Source: Thermodesulfobacteriota bacterium (GTDB lineage: Bacteria > Desulfobacterota > Desulfobacteria > Desulfobacterales > UBA11574). From it: a stretch of 33,154 nt of DNA. Below the pieces are notes generated by a model that saw nothing but the letters and a program-made list of their open reading frames with translations, made no database searches and was not told the origin of the DNA. Positions 18,466-28,073 of the stretch are shown here, piece after piece; the stretch's first letter is position 1; each line of letters starts with the position of its first letter. Location of the stretch: the NCBI GenBank assembly GCA_034658755.1, contig JAYEFV010000312.1:1-33154 (forward strand), in the 5' to 3' direction. Position numbers and translations under genes: made by a program.

Positions 18466-20151
18466 TTGGTGAAACAGTATTCCATAAGTCCTGATGGCGA
18501 AAAGTTCCAGTTACCCGAGCCGGATGAGTATGCAAGGGAATTCGAACGGCTAAAGAATATAGTACATGACCAGCGAGACAAGGGTCGTGAGATTGTGGTG
18601 GTCATGGGCGTAGGATTTGTCGGTGCTGTAATGGCTGCAGTGGTGGCTGATTCGGAAAATGAAAATGAAAATCCCGTCAAGTTTGTCATTGGAATGCAGC
18701 GGCCGAGTACTCGCAGCTACTGGAAGATTCCCTTGCTGAATCGGGGATTGCCTCCTGTACAGGCAGAGGACCCGGAGGTGTTGCCGATGATCCGCCGCTG
18801 CGTTAATGAGAAAAAGACCCTCACGGCCACGTTTACTTACGAGGCCCTGAAGCTTGCAGATGTGGTGGTTGTAGACGTTCAGTGTGATTACCTGAAGGAG
18901 TCTTTGGGTGATGTGAAGAACGGCCAGACGGACATGGCCGCATTGGAGATATCATTGGAGATCATCGCCGAACACATCACCCCTGATGCGCTTGTGCTCA
19001 TCGAAACAACCGTGGCCCCGGGCACCACCGAACAGGTGGCTTATCCCATTATGAGGAAAGTGTTTCGCAAACGTGGTATTGAGAGTGATCCCTTGTTGGC
19101 CCATAGTTTTGAAAGGGTGATGCCCGGCAAGCATTATATTGCCAGCATCCGCGATTTTTGGAGGGTTTGCAGCGGAACCAACCAGGAGGCCACCAGCCGG
19201 GTGGTAAAGTTTCTCGAAGAAGTGATCAATACGGATGAGTATCCTCTTACTGTATTAAATCGGCCCATTGAGTCGGAAACGGCAAAAATCGTGGAAAATA
19301 GTTACCGTGCAACGATTCTGGCGTTCCTCGACGAATGGAGCCTGTTTGCCGAACGAAATGGCGTAGACCTTATCAAAGTTCTCGAAGCTATCAGGGTCAG
19401 ACCCACCCACAGTAACATTATTTTTCCGGGACCCGGCATAGGCGGCTACTGCCTGCCCAAAGACGGCGGGCTGGGAATGTGGGCATACCGACACATTCAC
19501 GGGTTTGAAGACGATATTTTCAAGATTACCCCCCTCGCCATCAATATCAACGACACCCGGGCATTGCACGTTGCCCAACTTACCCGTGATGCACTCCGCA
19601 ATATGAGCCGTCCGCTGGCGGCCGCGGAAATCCTGCTCCTTGGAGCCTCTTATCGCGAGGACGTTGGAGACACTCGATACAGCGGATCTGAGTTGATCGT
19701 TCGCAGACTGACTGAAATGGGAGCTGAACTTAGGGTGCACGACCCCTATGTACAGCACTGGTGGGAATTTGAAAAGCAAGACGAGTACCCTTCCCCAACG
19801 CATAGCCTGAAAAGGTTCTTTCGCAACCAGGGCAAACTTGCCGACCTGCACGTTGAGCAAGACTTGTCACAAGCATTATACGGTTCCGATGCAGTTATTT
19901 TTGCAGTCAGACACAAGCATTATTTAGATCTGGACCCCGATAAAGTAGTGGAGACCGCCGGCTCTCCGCTGGCAGTAATCGACTGCTTCGGTGTATTGGA
20001 TGATACTAAAATCAAGCGCTATTTCGAACTTGGCTGTGAGGTCAAGGGGTTGGGCCGAGGCCACGTCAAAAGGATTAAGGATCAGGTGCGAGCCGAAAGA
20101 GAGGAAATGCTGCTGGCATTAAGCGCCGAGCATCAAGCGGATCGCACATAG
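18466..20151 (+). CDS. Nucleotide-sugar dehydrogenase (UDP-glucose/GDP-mannose dehydrogenase family)
   Basis: Rossmann GVGFVG, ETTVAPGTT, ERVMPG, KIVENSYR, catalytic GPGIGGYCLPKD, C-terminal GASYREDVGDTRYS / VHDP; AGGAGG RBS before TTG. Confidence 0.92.
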   Translation: MVKQYSISPDGEKFQLPEPDEYAREFERLKNIVHDQRDKGREIVVVMGVGFVGAVMAAVVADSENENENPVKFVIGMQRPSTRSYWKIPLLNRGLPPVQAEDPEVLPMIRRCVNEKKTLTATFTYEALKLADVVVVDVQCDYLKESLGDVKNGQTDMAALEISLEIIAEHITPDALVLIETTVAPGTTEQVAYPIMRKVFRKRGIESDPLLAHSFERVMPGKHYIASIRDFWRVCSGTNQEATSRVVKFLEEVINTDEYPLTVLNRPIESETAKIVENSYRATILAFLDEWSLFAERNGVDLIKVLEAIRVRPTHSNIIFPGPGIGGYCLPKDGGLGMWAYRHIHGFEDDIFKITPLAININDTRALHVAQLTRDALRNMSRPLAAAEILLLGASYREDVGDTRYSGSELIVRRLTEMGAELRVHDPYVQHWWEFEKQDEYPSPTHSLKRFFRNQGKLADLHVEQDLSQALYGSDAVIFAVRHKHYLDLDPDKVVETAGSPLAVIDCFGVLDDTKIKRYFELGCEVKGLGRGHVKRIKDQVRAEREEMLLALSAEHQADRT

Positions 20152-20215
20152 CGTGGACTCCAAAACACACGCCTCAATTGTATCAAATAAAATAATCGAC
20201 AATAGCCGATATCTT

Positions 20216-20842
20216 TTAAAATAGACCCACAAATGGATTAAAGCGCTTTTCACTACCGATGCTTGTTTCCGGGCCATGTCCTGAAAAGACCCTTACATCA
20301 TCGTCCATTTTGAAAAGTTTTGTCCTAATGCTTGATATAAGGGTGTTAAAATCTCCGCCGGGAAAATCGGTGCGCCCGATGGAACCGGCAAAAAGCGTAT
20401 CTCCCACAAAAACGATTTTGTCTGTATAAAGTGAAATACCTCCCGGCGTATGCCCTGGAGTATGAATAACCTTTAGCGCAATTTTTCCAAAAGAGACGCT
20501 ATCGCCTTCTTCAATGGTTTGATCACATGGCGGCGAATTTTCAACTGAAATTCCAAAAACAGCGGCATTGGTTGAAAGCGAACCCAGCATGGGAGCATCA
20601 AGGGGATGGATCAGGATGTCTGCGCCGGTTGCATCTTTTATTTTTCCGTTTGCACTGACATGGTCAAAATGGCCATGTGTATTGATGATATATTTTACTT
20701 TTAACTCGGAATCTGCAAGAGAAAGTAGAATCCTGTCGGCATCACCCCCGGGATCGATGACAACACCTTCCATTGTTTCTGCACATCCGAAAATAAAACA
20801 GTTTGCCATAAGCGGCCCAACAACAAGTTCTTTAATAATCAA
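20216..20842 (-). CDS. MBL-fold metallo-hydrolase (glyoxalase II/YcbL-like)
   Basis: THGHFDH, HTPGHTPG, GDTLF.GSIGRTD, GHG motifs; AAGGAGG RBS before TTG. Confidence 0.92.
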   Translation of the reverse strand: MIIKELVVGPLMANCFIFGCAETMEGVVIDPGGDADRILLSLADSELKVKYIINTHGHFDHVSANGKIKDATGADILIHPLDAPMLGSLSTNAAVFGISVENSPPCDQTIEEGDSVSFGKIALKVIHTPGHTPGGISLYTDKIVFVGDTLFAGSIGRTDFPGGDFNTLISSIRTKLFKMDDDVRVFSGHGPETSIGSEKRFNPFVGLF

Positions 20843-20940
20843 GACAGCCTCCTTAGTGATTTGATTCGTAAATTCAATGACGTGTTTTATATCATTATAA
20901 TTATAACGGATAGACCAAGCTAACTCTCGCGGGTGTAATC

Positions 20941-20969
20941 AAAATCGGGCCCGTTGGGCCCGTGTTTTT
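20941..20969. terminator. GC-rich hairpin after nusB, probable intrinsic terminator
   Basis: CGGGCCC-GTT-GGGCCCG (20946-20962) flanked by AAAA and TGTTTTT. Confidence 0.6.
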
Positions 20970-20981
20970 ACCGGTTTAGTT

Positions 20982-21419
20982 TTATTGAATATTATTCTTT
21001 ACAATAACCTCTTCTTTTTCAAGTGCTATGCGAATGCTGTCGAGAATTCCATTGATAAAAGCGCCTGATTCCTTGGTGCCAAATTTCTTTCCCACGTCAA
21101 TCGCTTCGTTGATGGATACTTTATGTGGAATATCATGGCAGTAAAGCAGTTCATATACGGCAACTCTCATGGTGTTTCTGTCAACGCAGGACATGCGGCT
21201 GAGCTTCCAGTTGTCGGAAAAACGTTCAAGGATCGAATCGATTTCACCTTTGACCTGCATAACACCTTTTACAAGCTTAAGAAAAAAGGGAAGCATTTTC
21301 TTTGGGGGAGAAAAATTGTCACAGAACCTTTCCAGCATCTCATTTGAGTCATTCTGACTCATATCCATATAAAAGAGCGCCTGCATGGCAAGTTCTCGTG
21401 ACTTGCGTCGGTTTCCCAT
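20982..21419 (-). CDS. nusB: Transcription antitermination factor NusB
   Basis: RRKSRELAMQALF, WKLSRM..VDR, VSINEAID..KKFG, FINGILD. Confidence 0.96.
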   Translation of the reverse strand: MGNRRKSRELAMQALFYMDMSQNDSNEMLERFCDNFSPPKKMLPFFLKLVKGVMQVKGEIDSILERFSDNWKLSRMSCVDRNTMRVAVYELLYCHDIPHKVSINEAIDVGKKFGTKESGAFINGILDSIRIALEKEEVIVKNNIQ

Positions 21420-21421
21420 GG

Positions 21422-21895
21422 TTATGCCCGGTCGACAACCTCAATCAAATTTGCCATCTCAATAGCTGCTATTGCAGCATTCCATCCTTTATTGCCGGCT
21501 TTTGTTCCGGCACGCTCGATGGCCTGTTCGATGGTATCGGTCGTCACAATGCCAAAGATAACCGGAATTCCGGAATCGAGACTGACCATGGCGATCCCTT
21601 TGGACACCTCAGCGCTGACATAATCAAAATGTGGTGTTGCCCCCCGAATGACCGCACCCAGACAAACAACGGCACTATATCGACCCGTTGTCACCATTTT
21701 TTTTGCCATCAACGGTATTTCAAATGCACCGGGAACCTTCACAATTTCTATATCTTCATCTCGGGCGCCGGAGCGTAACAGTCCGTCTACGGCCCCCTCT
21801 TTAAGCCTGTCGGTGATAAAATCATTAAAACGGCTTACCACAAGTGCAAATTTTTTGCCTTCTGCCAGCAGGTTGGCCTCTAAAATTTTTGGCAT
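21422..21895 (-). CDS. ribH: 6,7-dimethyl-8-ribityllumazine synthase
   Basis: [36 protein letters not shown]. Confidence 0.97.
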   Translation of the reverse strand: MPKILEANLLAEGKKFALVVSRFNDFITDRLKEGAVDGLLRSGARDEDIEIVKVPGAFEIPLMAKKMVTTGRYSAVVCLGAVIRGATPHFDYVSAEVSKGIAMVSLDSGIPVIFGIVTTDTIEQAIERAGTKAGNKGWNAAIAAIEMANLIEVVDRA

Positions 21896-21982
21896 TTACA
21901 TTCCTCCCGGTTTAAATAAATAAAATCGTATCATTATAGTCACTTTTCCGGCTTGACCGGGTTAGATTAATTATGAATTCTG

Positions 21983-22093
21983 TAACTTTAGTTCACTTTA
22001 GGCACTTCAAACTTCAAACTTTTAGAATTCAACTTATACGGGATAGTTGTCTTGATAAAAATACGTAATCGAATTTACGAATTAGAGCACTAA
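21983..22093. repeat. Dispersed direct repeat, copy A (ends GAGCAC|TAA)
   Basis: Core AGGCACTTCAAACT...TTTAGAATTCAACTTATA...AGTTGTCTTGATAAAAATACGTAAT.GAATTTACGAATTAGAGCACTAA is near-identical to 27984-28069. Confidence 0.9.
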
Positions 22094-22150
22094 AGCACCA
22101 AGAAAGAATAATAAATATATCCTTTGTGTCTTAGTGCCTTTGTGGCAAAT
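22088..22150. repeat. Second, left-truncated copy of the 1564-1645 hairpin repeat
   Basis: CACTAAAGCACCAAGAAAGAATAA...ATCCTTTGTGTCTTAGTGCCTTTGTGGCAAAT. Confidence 0.75.
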
Positions 22151-22205
22151 ATTTTTGGTTCTCTACGAGCCATAGGCTTACAAGCCGGAGACCGGTTTAT
22201 CCGGA

Positions 22206-23420
22206 TTAGGGTATTGTATCAATATTTAACAGATGTCCCATCTTAAGCTTCTTGCACTCAAGATACCCAACATTATATTTATTGGGTTTTATTTCAATTT
22301 CTATCTGTTCTACAATACTGAGGCCATATCCTTCAAGACCGACCATTTTCTTGGGATTATTTGTAAGAAGCTTCATCTTTTTAACCCCAAGTTCCACAAG
22401 AATCTGGGCGCCGATGCCGTAATTTCTCATATCCGGCTTGAATCCCAGCTCTTCATTTGCCTCAACCGTGTCAAGGCCGTTATCCTGGAGTGCATATGCT
22501 TTTAATTTATTAACAAGGCCGATACCTCGCCCCTCCTGGCGGATATAAAGCAATACTCCGGATCCTTCCTTATCAATCATTTCCATGGCCTTATGTAATT
22601 GTTCACCACAGTCGCAGCGGAGTGAACCGAAAATATCTCCTGTCAGACATTCCGAATGAACCCGAACAAGCACAGGCTTGTTGGAATCAATTTCACCCTT
22701 CACCAAGGCGATATGAAGTAACTCATCCACATCATTTTCGAAAACAAAGGCTTTGAATTCTCCGGCAATTGCAGTGGGGACAACCGTTTCCGCTGCTCTT
22801 CTCACAAATGATTCGGTGCGCATCCGGTATTCAATGAGATCGGCGATGGCACATATTTTTATATCATGTTTTTTGCTGAAATTTTCCAAAGCCGGCATTC
22901 TGGCCATGGTGCCGTCATCGTCCATGATTTCACAAATTACGCCGGCAGGCTTTAAACCGGCAAGACGCGCCAGATCTATAGATCCTTCAGTCTGACCGGC
23001 ACGCACTATCACTCCGCCTTGTTTGCCCCTCAGGGGGAATACATGTCCTGGCCGTACAAGATCACTCGGTTTGGCATCACTTGCCACAGCCGTAAGGATT
23101 GTAGTGGCACGGTCCGCAGCAGAAATACCGGTGGTTACACCGCATCGAGCTTCGATGGATACGGTAAAACCGGTCTGAAACCGTGATGTATTGTTGTCGA
23201 CCATGAGCGGAAGGTCAAGGGAGTCAATCTTTTCTCCGGTCATTGAGAGGCATACCAGTCCTCGACCGTATTTTGCCATGAAATTAATGGCTTCAGGTGT
23301 AACCGCTTGGGCAGCCATTGTAAGATCGCCCTCATTTTCTCGGTCTTTATCATCAACGAGAATGACCATGCGTCCGGCCCTTATTTCTTTAATAGCATCT
23401 TCAGTGGATATAAGTGACAT
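22206..23420 (-). CDS. ribBA: Bifunctional DHBP synthase / GTP cyclohydrolase II
   Basis: [30 protein letters not shown]; [28 protein letters not shown]. Confidence 0.97.
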   Translation of the reverse strand: MSLISTEDAIKEIRAGRMVILVDDKDRENEGDLTMAAQAVTPEAINFMAKYGRGLVCLSMTGEKIDSLDLPLMVDNNTSRFQTGFTVSIEARCGVTTGISAADRATTILTAVASDAKPSDLVRPGHVFPLRGKQGGVIVRAGQTEGSIDLARLAGLKPAGVICEIMDDDGTMARMPALENFSKKHDIKICAIADLIEYRMRTESFVRRAAETVVPTAIAGEFKAFVFENDVDELLHIALVKGEIDSNKPVLVRVHSECLTGDIFGSLRCDCGEQLHKAMEMIDKEGSGVLLYIRQEGRGIGLVNKLKAYALQDNGLDTVEANEELGFKPDMRNYGIGAQILVELGVKKMKLLTNNPKKMVGLEGYGLSIVEQIEIEIKPNKYNVGYLECKKLKMGHLLNIDTIP

Positions 23421-23481
23421 TATTAATTATTTTCTCCTCTCAATACAACCACGGATGAACACTGGATAATAGGTAATGGAT

Positions 23482-24144
23482 TTAAATAAAACCGCTTTTG
23501 GCCAGAAATTGCATATCGACAGACCGCCCGGTTTGATTTTCTTTGTCATGGCTTTGTATTTCTGTGACAAAGCGTTCAACATACTTTCCGATCATGTCCG
23601 TTTCAATATTGACGGGATCCCTGACCTTGCTGAGTATTATGGTTGTCAATTTTGCAGTATGCGGGATTATACTGACATCAAAACTGCTGCGATCACAGTT
23701 ATTGATTGTAAGGCTGATGCCGTCCACTGCAATCGAACCTTTTTTTATCATGTACCGTGAAAATGATTCAGGCACGCCGATAGTAACAATTACGGCATTG
23801 CCTTTGTTTTGTTTTTGCTTTATGGTTCCCATGCCATCTATATGTCCTGAAACAAGATGACCGTCTATGCGTCCAGAAAGCCGAAGAGCACGCTCAAGGT
23901 TCACACGATCTCCGATCTTTGCCCTGCCAAAAGTTGTTTTTGCAAGTGTTTCAGGCGACACATCAACTTGAAAACGTTGGCCATGGATCTTAACCACAGT
24001 CAAACAGACGCCGCTAATTGAAATACTGTCTCCGATCTTGGTTTGCTCAAGAACAAAATCCGCGTTAAAAGCAAAACGTTTTCCCTGGCTTTCAGACCGT
24101 ATCTCAATAATGGTTCCCAGACCTTCTATGATTCCTGTAAACAT
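23482..24144 (-). CDS. ribE: Riboflavin synthase (alpha chain)
   Basis: Canonical N-terminus MFTGIIE at ATG 24144 (start moved from 24186), GVCLTV, VNLERAL, GHLVSGHIDG, KGSIAVDGISLT. Confidence 0.96.
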   Translation of the reverse strand: MFTGIIEGLGTIIEIRSESQGKRFAFNADFVLEQTKIGDSISISGVCLTVVKIHGQRFQVDVSPETLAKTTFGRAKIGDRVNLERALRLSGRIDGHLVSGHIDGMGTIKQKQNKGNAVIVTIGVPESFSRYMIKKGSIAVDGISLTINNCDRSSFDVSIIPHTAKLTTIILSKVRDPVNIETDMIGKYVERFVTEIQSHDKENQTGRSVDMQFLAKSGFI

Positions 24145-24235
24145 AAATAATAAAATGGGCGTTATTGTTAAATCTAACTTTTGCAATCAATTGATAATGC
24201 AACAAAACCGGCCGAGACGAGGTTCCTGAAGGGTC

Positions 24236-24361
24236 AACTTTTTTTGAAATCTAATCCGGATTTCATCCTTTTATTTTACCTGTTATCGGCATACTGATAT
24301 TGATAATAAGGTCTCAATATCGCATTGTAAATATCCCAAATTATCTTTTTCAAAAAAAGTT
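24236..24361. repeat. 126-bp segment bounded by perfect 14-bp inverted repeats
   Basis: AACTTTTTTTGAAA (24236-24249) / TTTCAAAAAAAGTT (24348-24361); inner stem GATATTGA (24296-24303) / TCAATATC (24314-24321). Confidence 0.55.
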
Positions 24362-24381
24362 AATGCAGATTTTAGGTTAGA

Positions 24382-25491
24382 TCACTTATCAATATACCCT
24401 TGGATCATGACATCCTTGCCGAATTGTCTGACATTAATGTCTTTCACCGGTATGCAACTTTTCATCAAATCTGCACCCTGTCCTTTACAGATCGGCACAC
24501 CATCATCTCCGCCGAGAATTTTGGGGGCGAAAAAAAAGAAAATTTTTTCAACAATGCCGGATGACAAGGCTGATGCAATAACCCGGCTGCCTCCTTCTAT
24601 GAGGAGACTGGTTATACCCAATTCCCCTAAGCGGTCCATGAGTATATCAAGATCGATCAGACCGTCCTTGACGGGTGACTCAATAATCTTTGCACCCCGT
24701 TGTTCTATTCTGGCTTTTTTGTCCTCTGAAACCGAATGACCGGTTATAATAATTGTATCAGAATCAGAATCAAGCCGCAACAGCTTAGCTCTTTCAACAA
24801 TTTTAAGATGGGTATCGAGAACAATCCTTACCGGATCAAGGCCCTTTAGACTTTCAAGACGGTTTGCCAAACGGGTTGTTAGACTGGGGTCATCTTTTTC
24901 TACAGTATTAATGCCCACCATAATAGCGTCCACAGCATGCCGAAGCCGGTGGACAAATTTTCTCGCTTCTTCACCGGTAACCCACCTGGAATCCCCTGTT
25001 CTTGTTGCAATCCTCCCGTCCAAAGTGGCCGCACATTTGATGATTGTGAATGGACGATTTGTCTTAACGTATTTTATATAAATTTCATTAAGTCTTTTCG
25101 CCCGTTCTTCACAAACCCCCGTTTTGATACCGATTCCCCGGCGTTTTAAATAATCTGTTCCCCCTCCCCTAACTCCGGGATTGGGGTCATGCATTGCAAC
25201 AACGACCCGTCTGATGCCGGCTGCAAGTATCTTTTCGGTACAGGGAGGCGTTCGTCCAGTATGATTGCAAGGCTCAAGGGTCACATAAAGGGTTGCTCCT
25301 TGTGCCAACGCTCCGGCATCATTCATAGCATTGACTTCGGCATGCGCTTTCCCCGCAGCATGATGGTATCCTTTTCCGACGACCTTCCCGTTTTTAACAA
25401 TTACGGCACCGACCATGGGGTTGGGAGAAGTAAAGCCCTCTCCCTTTTTTGCAAGGCCAAGTGCCAGTTTCATGAAATATTCGTCGTTCAT
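24382..25491 (-). CDS. ribD: Bifunctional diaminohydroxyphosphoribosylaminopyrimidine deaminase / reductase
   Basis: PNPMVG, HAEV, LEPCNHTGRTPPC, LDGRIAT, EGG motifs. Confidence 0.97.
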   Translation of the reverse strand: MNDEYFMKLALGLAKKGEGFTSPNPMVGAVIVKNGKVVGKGYHHAAGKAHAEVNAMNDAGALAQGATLYVTLEPCNHTGRTPPCTEKILAAGIRRVVVAMHDPNPGVRGGGTDYLKRRGIGIKTGVCEERAKRLNEIYIKYVKTNRPFTIIKCAATLDGRIATRTGDSRWVTGEEARKFVHRLRHAVDAIMVGINTVEKDDPSLTTRLANRLESLKGLDPVRIVLDTHLKIVERAKLLRLDSDSDTIIITGHSVSEDKKARIEQRGAKIIESPVKDGLIDLDILMDRLGELGITSLLIEGGSRVIASALSSGIVEKIFFFFAPKILGGDDGVPICKGQGADLMKSCIPVKDINVRQFGKDVMIQGYIDK

Positions 25492-25501
25492 TATCTCCCG
25501 G

Positions 25502-25966
25502 CTATTTGGCTTTATGTTCGCTCAAAAGGCTTTTTAGCTCAGAAACAAAATCGTTTACATCTTTGAATTCTCTATACACGGATGCAAATCTTACGTATGC
25601 AACATCGTCTATTTCATGAAGTTTGGCCATGACTTTTTCGCCAATTTTGTGGGAAGGTATCTCTTTTTCCCCGGTTTCTCTGAGATCGCGTTCCAGATCA
25701 TCAAGAAATTCTTCAATAATATTAACACTTATGTTTCGCTTCTGACAGGCTTTTTGGATACCTGAACGTAATTTTTCGCTGGAAAAAACTTCACGACGCC
25801 CATCTTTTTTGATAATCATGACAGGGATTTCTTCTATATGCTCGTAGGTTGTAAATCGTCTACTACATACCAGGCATTCCCTGCGCCTGCGAATTACATT
25901 CCCATCCTTGCTTAATCTAGAGTCGATAACTTTGTTGTTAATTTCCCCACAAAATGGACATTTCAT
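25502..25966 (-). CDS. nrdR: Transcriptional repressor NrdR
   Basis: [27 protein letters not shown] cone, [13 protein letters not shown]. Confidence 0.97.
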   Translation of the reverse strand: MKCPFCGEINNKVIDSRLSKDGNVIRRRRECLVCSRRFTTYEHIEEIPVMIIKKDGRREVFSSEKLRSGIQKACQKRNISVNIIEEFLDDLERDLRETGEKEIPSHKIGEKVMAKLHEIDDVAYVRFASVYREFKDVNDFVSELKSLLSEHKAK

Positions 25967-25983
25967 GAATTCCTCCCTGCTAA

Positions 25984-26141
25984 GGGCCTCGGAAAAAATA
26001 AATTACTTTATCTTACTTGTCTTATGGCTCGAATTCTTTGTTGCACCCACCCGTGAATACGTAAAGTATGCACCCGTTGTGCGCCTCAAATTCGAACAAA
26101 AAACTGGCGTAATTCTGGGGGTTTATTTTTTTCTGAGGCAC
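25984..26141. mobile_element. 158-bp MITE with imperfect TIRs and TAA target-site duplication (IS5/PIF-Harbinger-like ends)
   Basis: Left GGGCCTCGGAAAAAATAAA; right (reverse complement) GTGCCTCAGAAAAAAATAAA; TAA at 25981-25983 and 26142-26144. Removing it leaves the upstream TAG stop directly followed by the nrdR RBS. Confidence 0.8.
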
Positions 26142-26602
26142 TAACTGTCATTAAATTGAATTAATTCAATACCTGCTTCAGTAAACATTTCTTCAGACAT
26201 GGCGTCCGCATATCCGGAATGGTAGTAAATCTTCTTTATTCCGGCGTTAATGATAATTTTAGCACATATGGAACACGGCATGTTTGTACAGAAAAGGGTT
26301 GCGTCCTTTATGGAAACACCATGATAGGCGGCCTGAATAATAGCATTCTGCTCAGCATGTATGCCTCGGCACAGTTCATGTTTTTCCCCTGAGGGCACGT
26401 TTAATTTTTCACGCAAGCACCCGATTTCACTACAGTGTTTAATGCCGGTCGGGGCGCCGTTATAGCCGGTAGACAGAATTCTTTTATCCTTTACAATCAA
26501 AGCGCCTACAGTCCGCCTGATACATGTTGAACGTTTGGCCACAAGAAACGTAATATCCATAAAATAGGTTTGCCATGAAGGGCGATTTTTTTTCTGATAC
26601 AC
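26141..26602 (-). CDS. Deoxycytidylate (dCMP) deaminase, ComEB family
   Basis: RPSW..YFM, RSTC.RR.VGA, TGYNG, HAEQNAI, PCSIC; GTG start. Confidence 0.93.
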   Translation of the reverse strand: MYQKKNRPSWQTYFMDITFLVAKRSTCIRRTVGALIVKDKRILSTGYNGAPTGIKHCSEIGCLREKLNVPSGEKHELCRGIHAEQNAIIQAAYHGVSIKDATLFCTNMPCSICAKIIINAGIKKIYYHSGYADAMSEEMFTEAGIELIQFNDS

Positions 26603-26605
26603 TTT

Positions 26606-27868
26606 TTATCCCGCTGCGCAAGACCCGTTACCATATAGAGGAAAAGCTTCACAAAGTTCGCGAACTTTTGTCTTTGTATCCTTAATAAGAGCTTTATTGT
26701 TGTAATTTTGGAGCACATCAACAATAAGCTCCGCGATTATTTGCATCTCCGGTGTTTTCATACCTCTTGTGGTAATGGCAGGTGTTCCAATACGAACACC
26801 GCTGGTTACGGATGGGCTGAGCTTTTCAAATGGTATGGAGTTCTTATTGACGGTAATTCCGGCACGGACCAATACGTCTTCGGCATCTTTCCCGGTTATG
26901 TTAAGATTCCTTAAATTGATAATCATCATATGGTTATCGGTACCGCCTGAAACCAATTGTATTCCATGGTGCATCAGACGGTCAGCAAGAACCTTTGCGT
27001 TTTTAACGATATCTTTCTGATAAGCCACAAACGAATCACTCAAAGCTTCATGGAAAGCAAGCGCTTTTGCAGCAATGACATGCATCAACGGTCCCCCCTG
27101 AATTCCGGGGAATATTTGTTTATTCAATTTAGCACTATAGTCGGTTCTCGCCAGAATCAAACCCCCGCGCGGGCCTCTTAATGTTTTGTGAGTTGTTGAA
27201 GTCGTAACATCCGCAAAAGGTATTGGAGAAGGATGAAGCCCGGCTGCCACCAGTCCGGCTATGTGAGCCATATCCACCATCAAATAAGCGTTTACAGATT
27301 CGGCAATTTGGGCAAATGCTTCAAAATCTATGATACGCGGGTAGGCGCTCGCACCGGCAACAATCAGCTTTGGCCGATGCTTTTCCACCAATAGCGCCAA
27401 TTCTTTATAATCAATGGTTTCGGTATCCCGGTTTACGCCGTAGTGGAGAAAATTATAAAGCTTTCCTGAAAAATTGGCCGGACTTCCGTGTGTAAGGTGC
27501 CCGCCGTGGGACAAATTCATTCCAAGAACCGTGTCTCCCGGTTCTAACAGAGCAAAATATACCGCCATATTTGCCTGTGATCCTGAGTGGGGCTGGACAT
27601 TGGCATAGGCGGCATTGAATAATTGTTTGACCCGATTTATGGCCAGATTTTCAACAATATCAACATATTCACACCCACCATAATAACGCTTATCCGGATA
27701 ACCTTCAGCATATTTATTGGTAAAAACACTTCCCTGCACGGCCATGACCGCCGGGCTGGCAATATTTTCCGATGCAATAAGCTCTAAAGTGTTTTTCTGC
27801 CTGTCCATCTCCATGATGATTGCATCGGCAATCTCATGATCCACCTTCTCAATAAGTTTCAAGTCCAA
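26606..27868 (-). CDS. glyA: Serine hydroxymethyltransferase
   Basis: [31 protein letters not shown]-lysine motif [12 protein letters not shown]. Confidence 0.98.
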   Translation of the reverse strand: MDLKLIEKVDHEIADAIIMEMDRQKNTLELIASENIASPAVMAVQGSVFTNKYAEGYPDKRYYGGCEYVDIVENLAINRVKQLFNAAYANVQPHSGSQANMAVYFALLEPGDTVLGMNLSHGGHLTHGSPANFSGKLYNFLHYGVNRDTETIDYKELALLVEKHRPKLIVAGASAYPRIIDFEAFAQIAESVNAYLMVDMAHIAGLVAAGLHPSPIPFADVTTSTTHKTLRGPRGGLILARTDYSAKLNKQIFPGIQGGPLMHVIAAKALAFHEALSDSFVAYQKDIVKNAKVLADRLMHHGIQLVSGGTDNHMMIINLRNLNITGKDAEDVLVRAGITVNKNSIPFEKLSPSVTSGVRIGTPAITTRGMKTPEMQIIAELIVDVLQNYNNKALIKDTKTKVRELCEAFPLYGNGSCAAG

Positions 27869-27971
27869 ACATCATTCCTTTTTTAAAGATTGTGCTTTCA
27901 GATCTCGTTAAAGTGAACTAAGTACATATATTCATAAATACGGTAACGCATTTATAACTTGGTTTATTCAT

Positions 27972-28069
27972 TAACTTTGGCTCAGGCACTTCAAACTTTT
28001 AGAATTCAACTTATATGGGCAGTTGTCTTGATAAAAATACGTAATAGAATTTACGAATTAGAGCACTAA
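27972..28069. repeat. Dispersed direct repeat, copy B (ends GAGCAC|TAA)
   Basis: Matches 21983-22093; the 86-bp core differs by ~4 positions plus a 7-bp TCAAACT duplication present only in copy A. Confidence 0.9.
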
Positions 28070-28073
28070 GAAA

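Noticed and set aside
19255-19860. 201-aa - strand ORF
   Set aside because: Antisense to the well-supported nucleotide-sugar dehydrogenase.
20886-20906. PerR/Fur-like box (TTATAATTATAA) upstream of the MBL hydrolase
   Set aside because: Partial match in AT-rich DNA; equally explained as a -10 element.
23448-23470. ACCACGGATGAACACTGGATAA, resembling half of another short-unit hairpin repeat
   Set aside because: Single short instance without a complementary arm or second copy in the window.
21896-24381. FMN riboswitch in the rib spacers
   Set aside because: The conserved RFN core (AGGGCGGGGTGAAATTCCC.ACCGGCGG-like) is absent; only a short GGATGAAATCC resemblance.
25908-26144. 78-aa + strand ORF, possible mini-transposase
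   Set aside because: Made of MITE sequence plus nrdR antisense; no transposase motifs.
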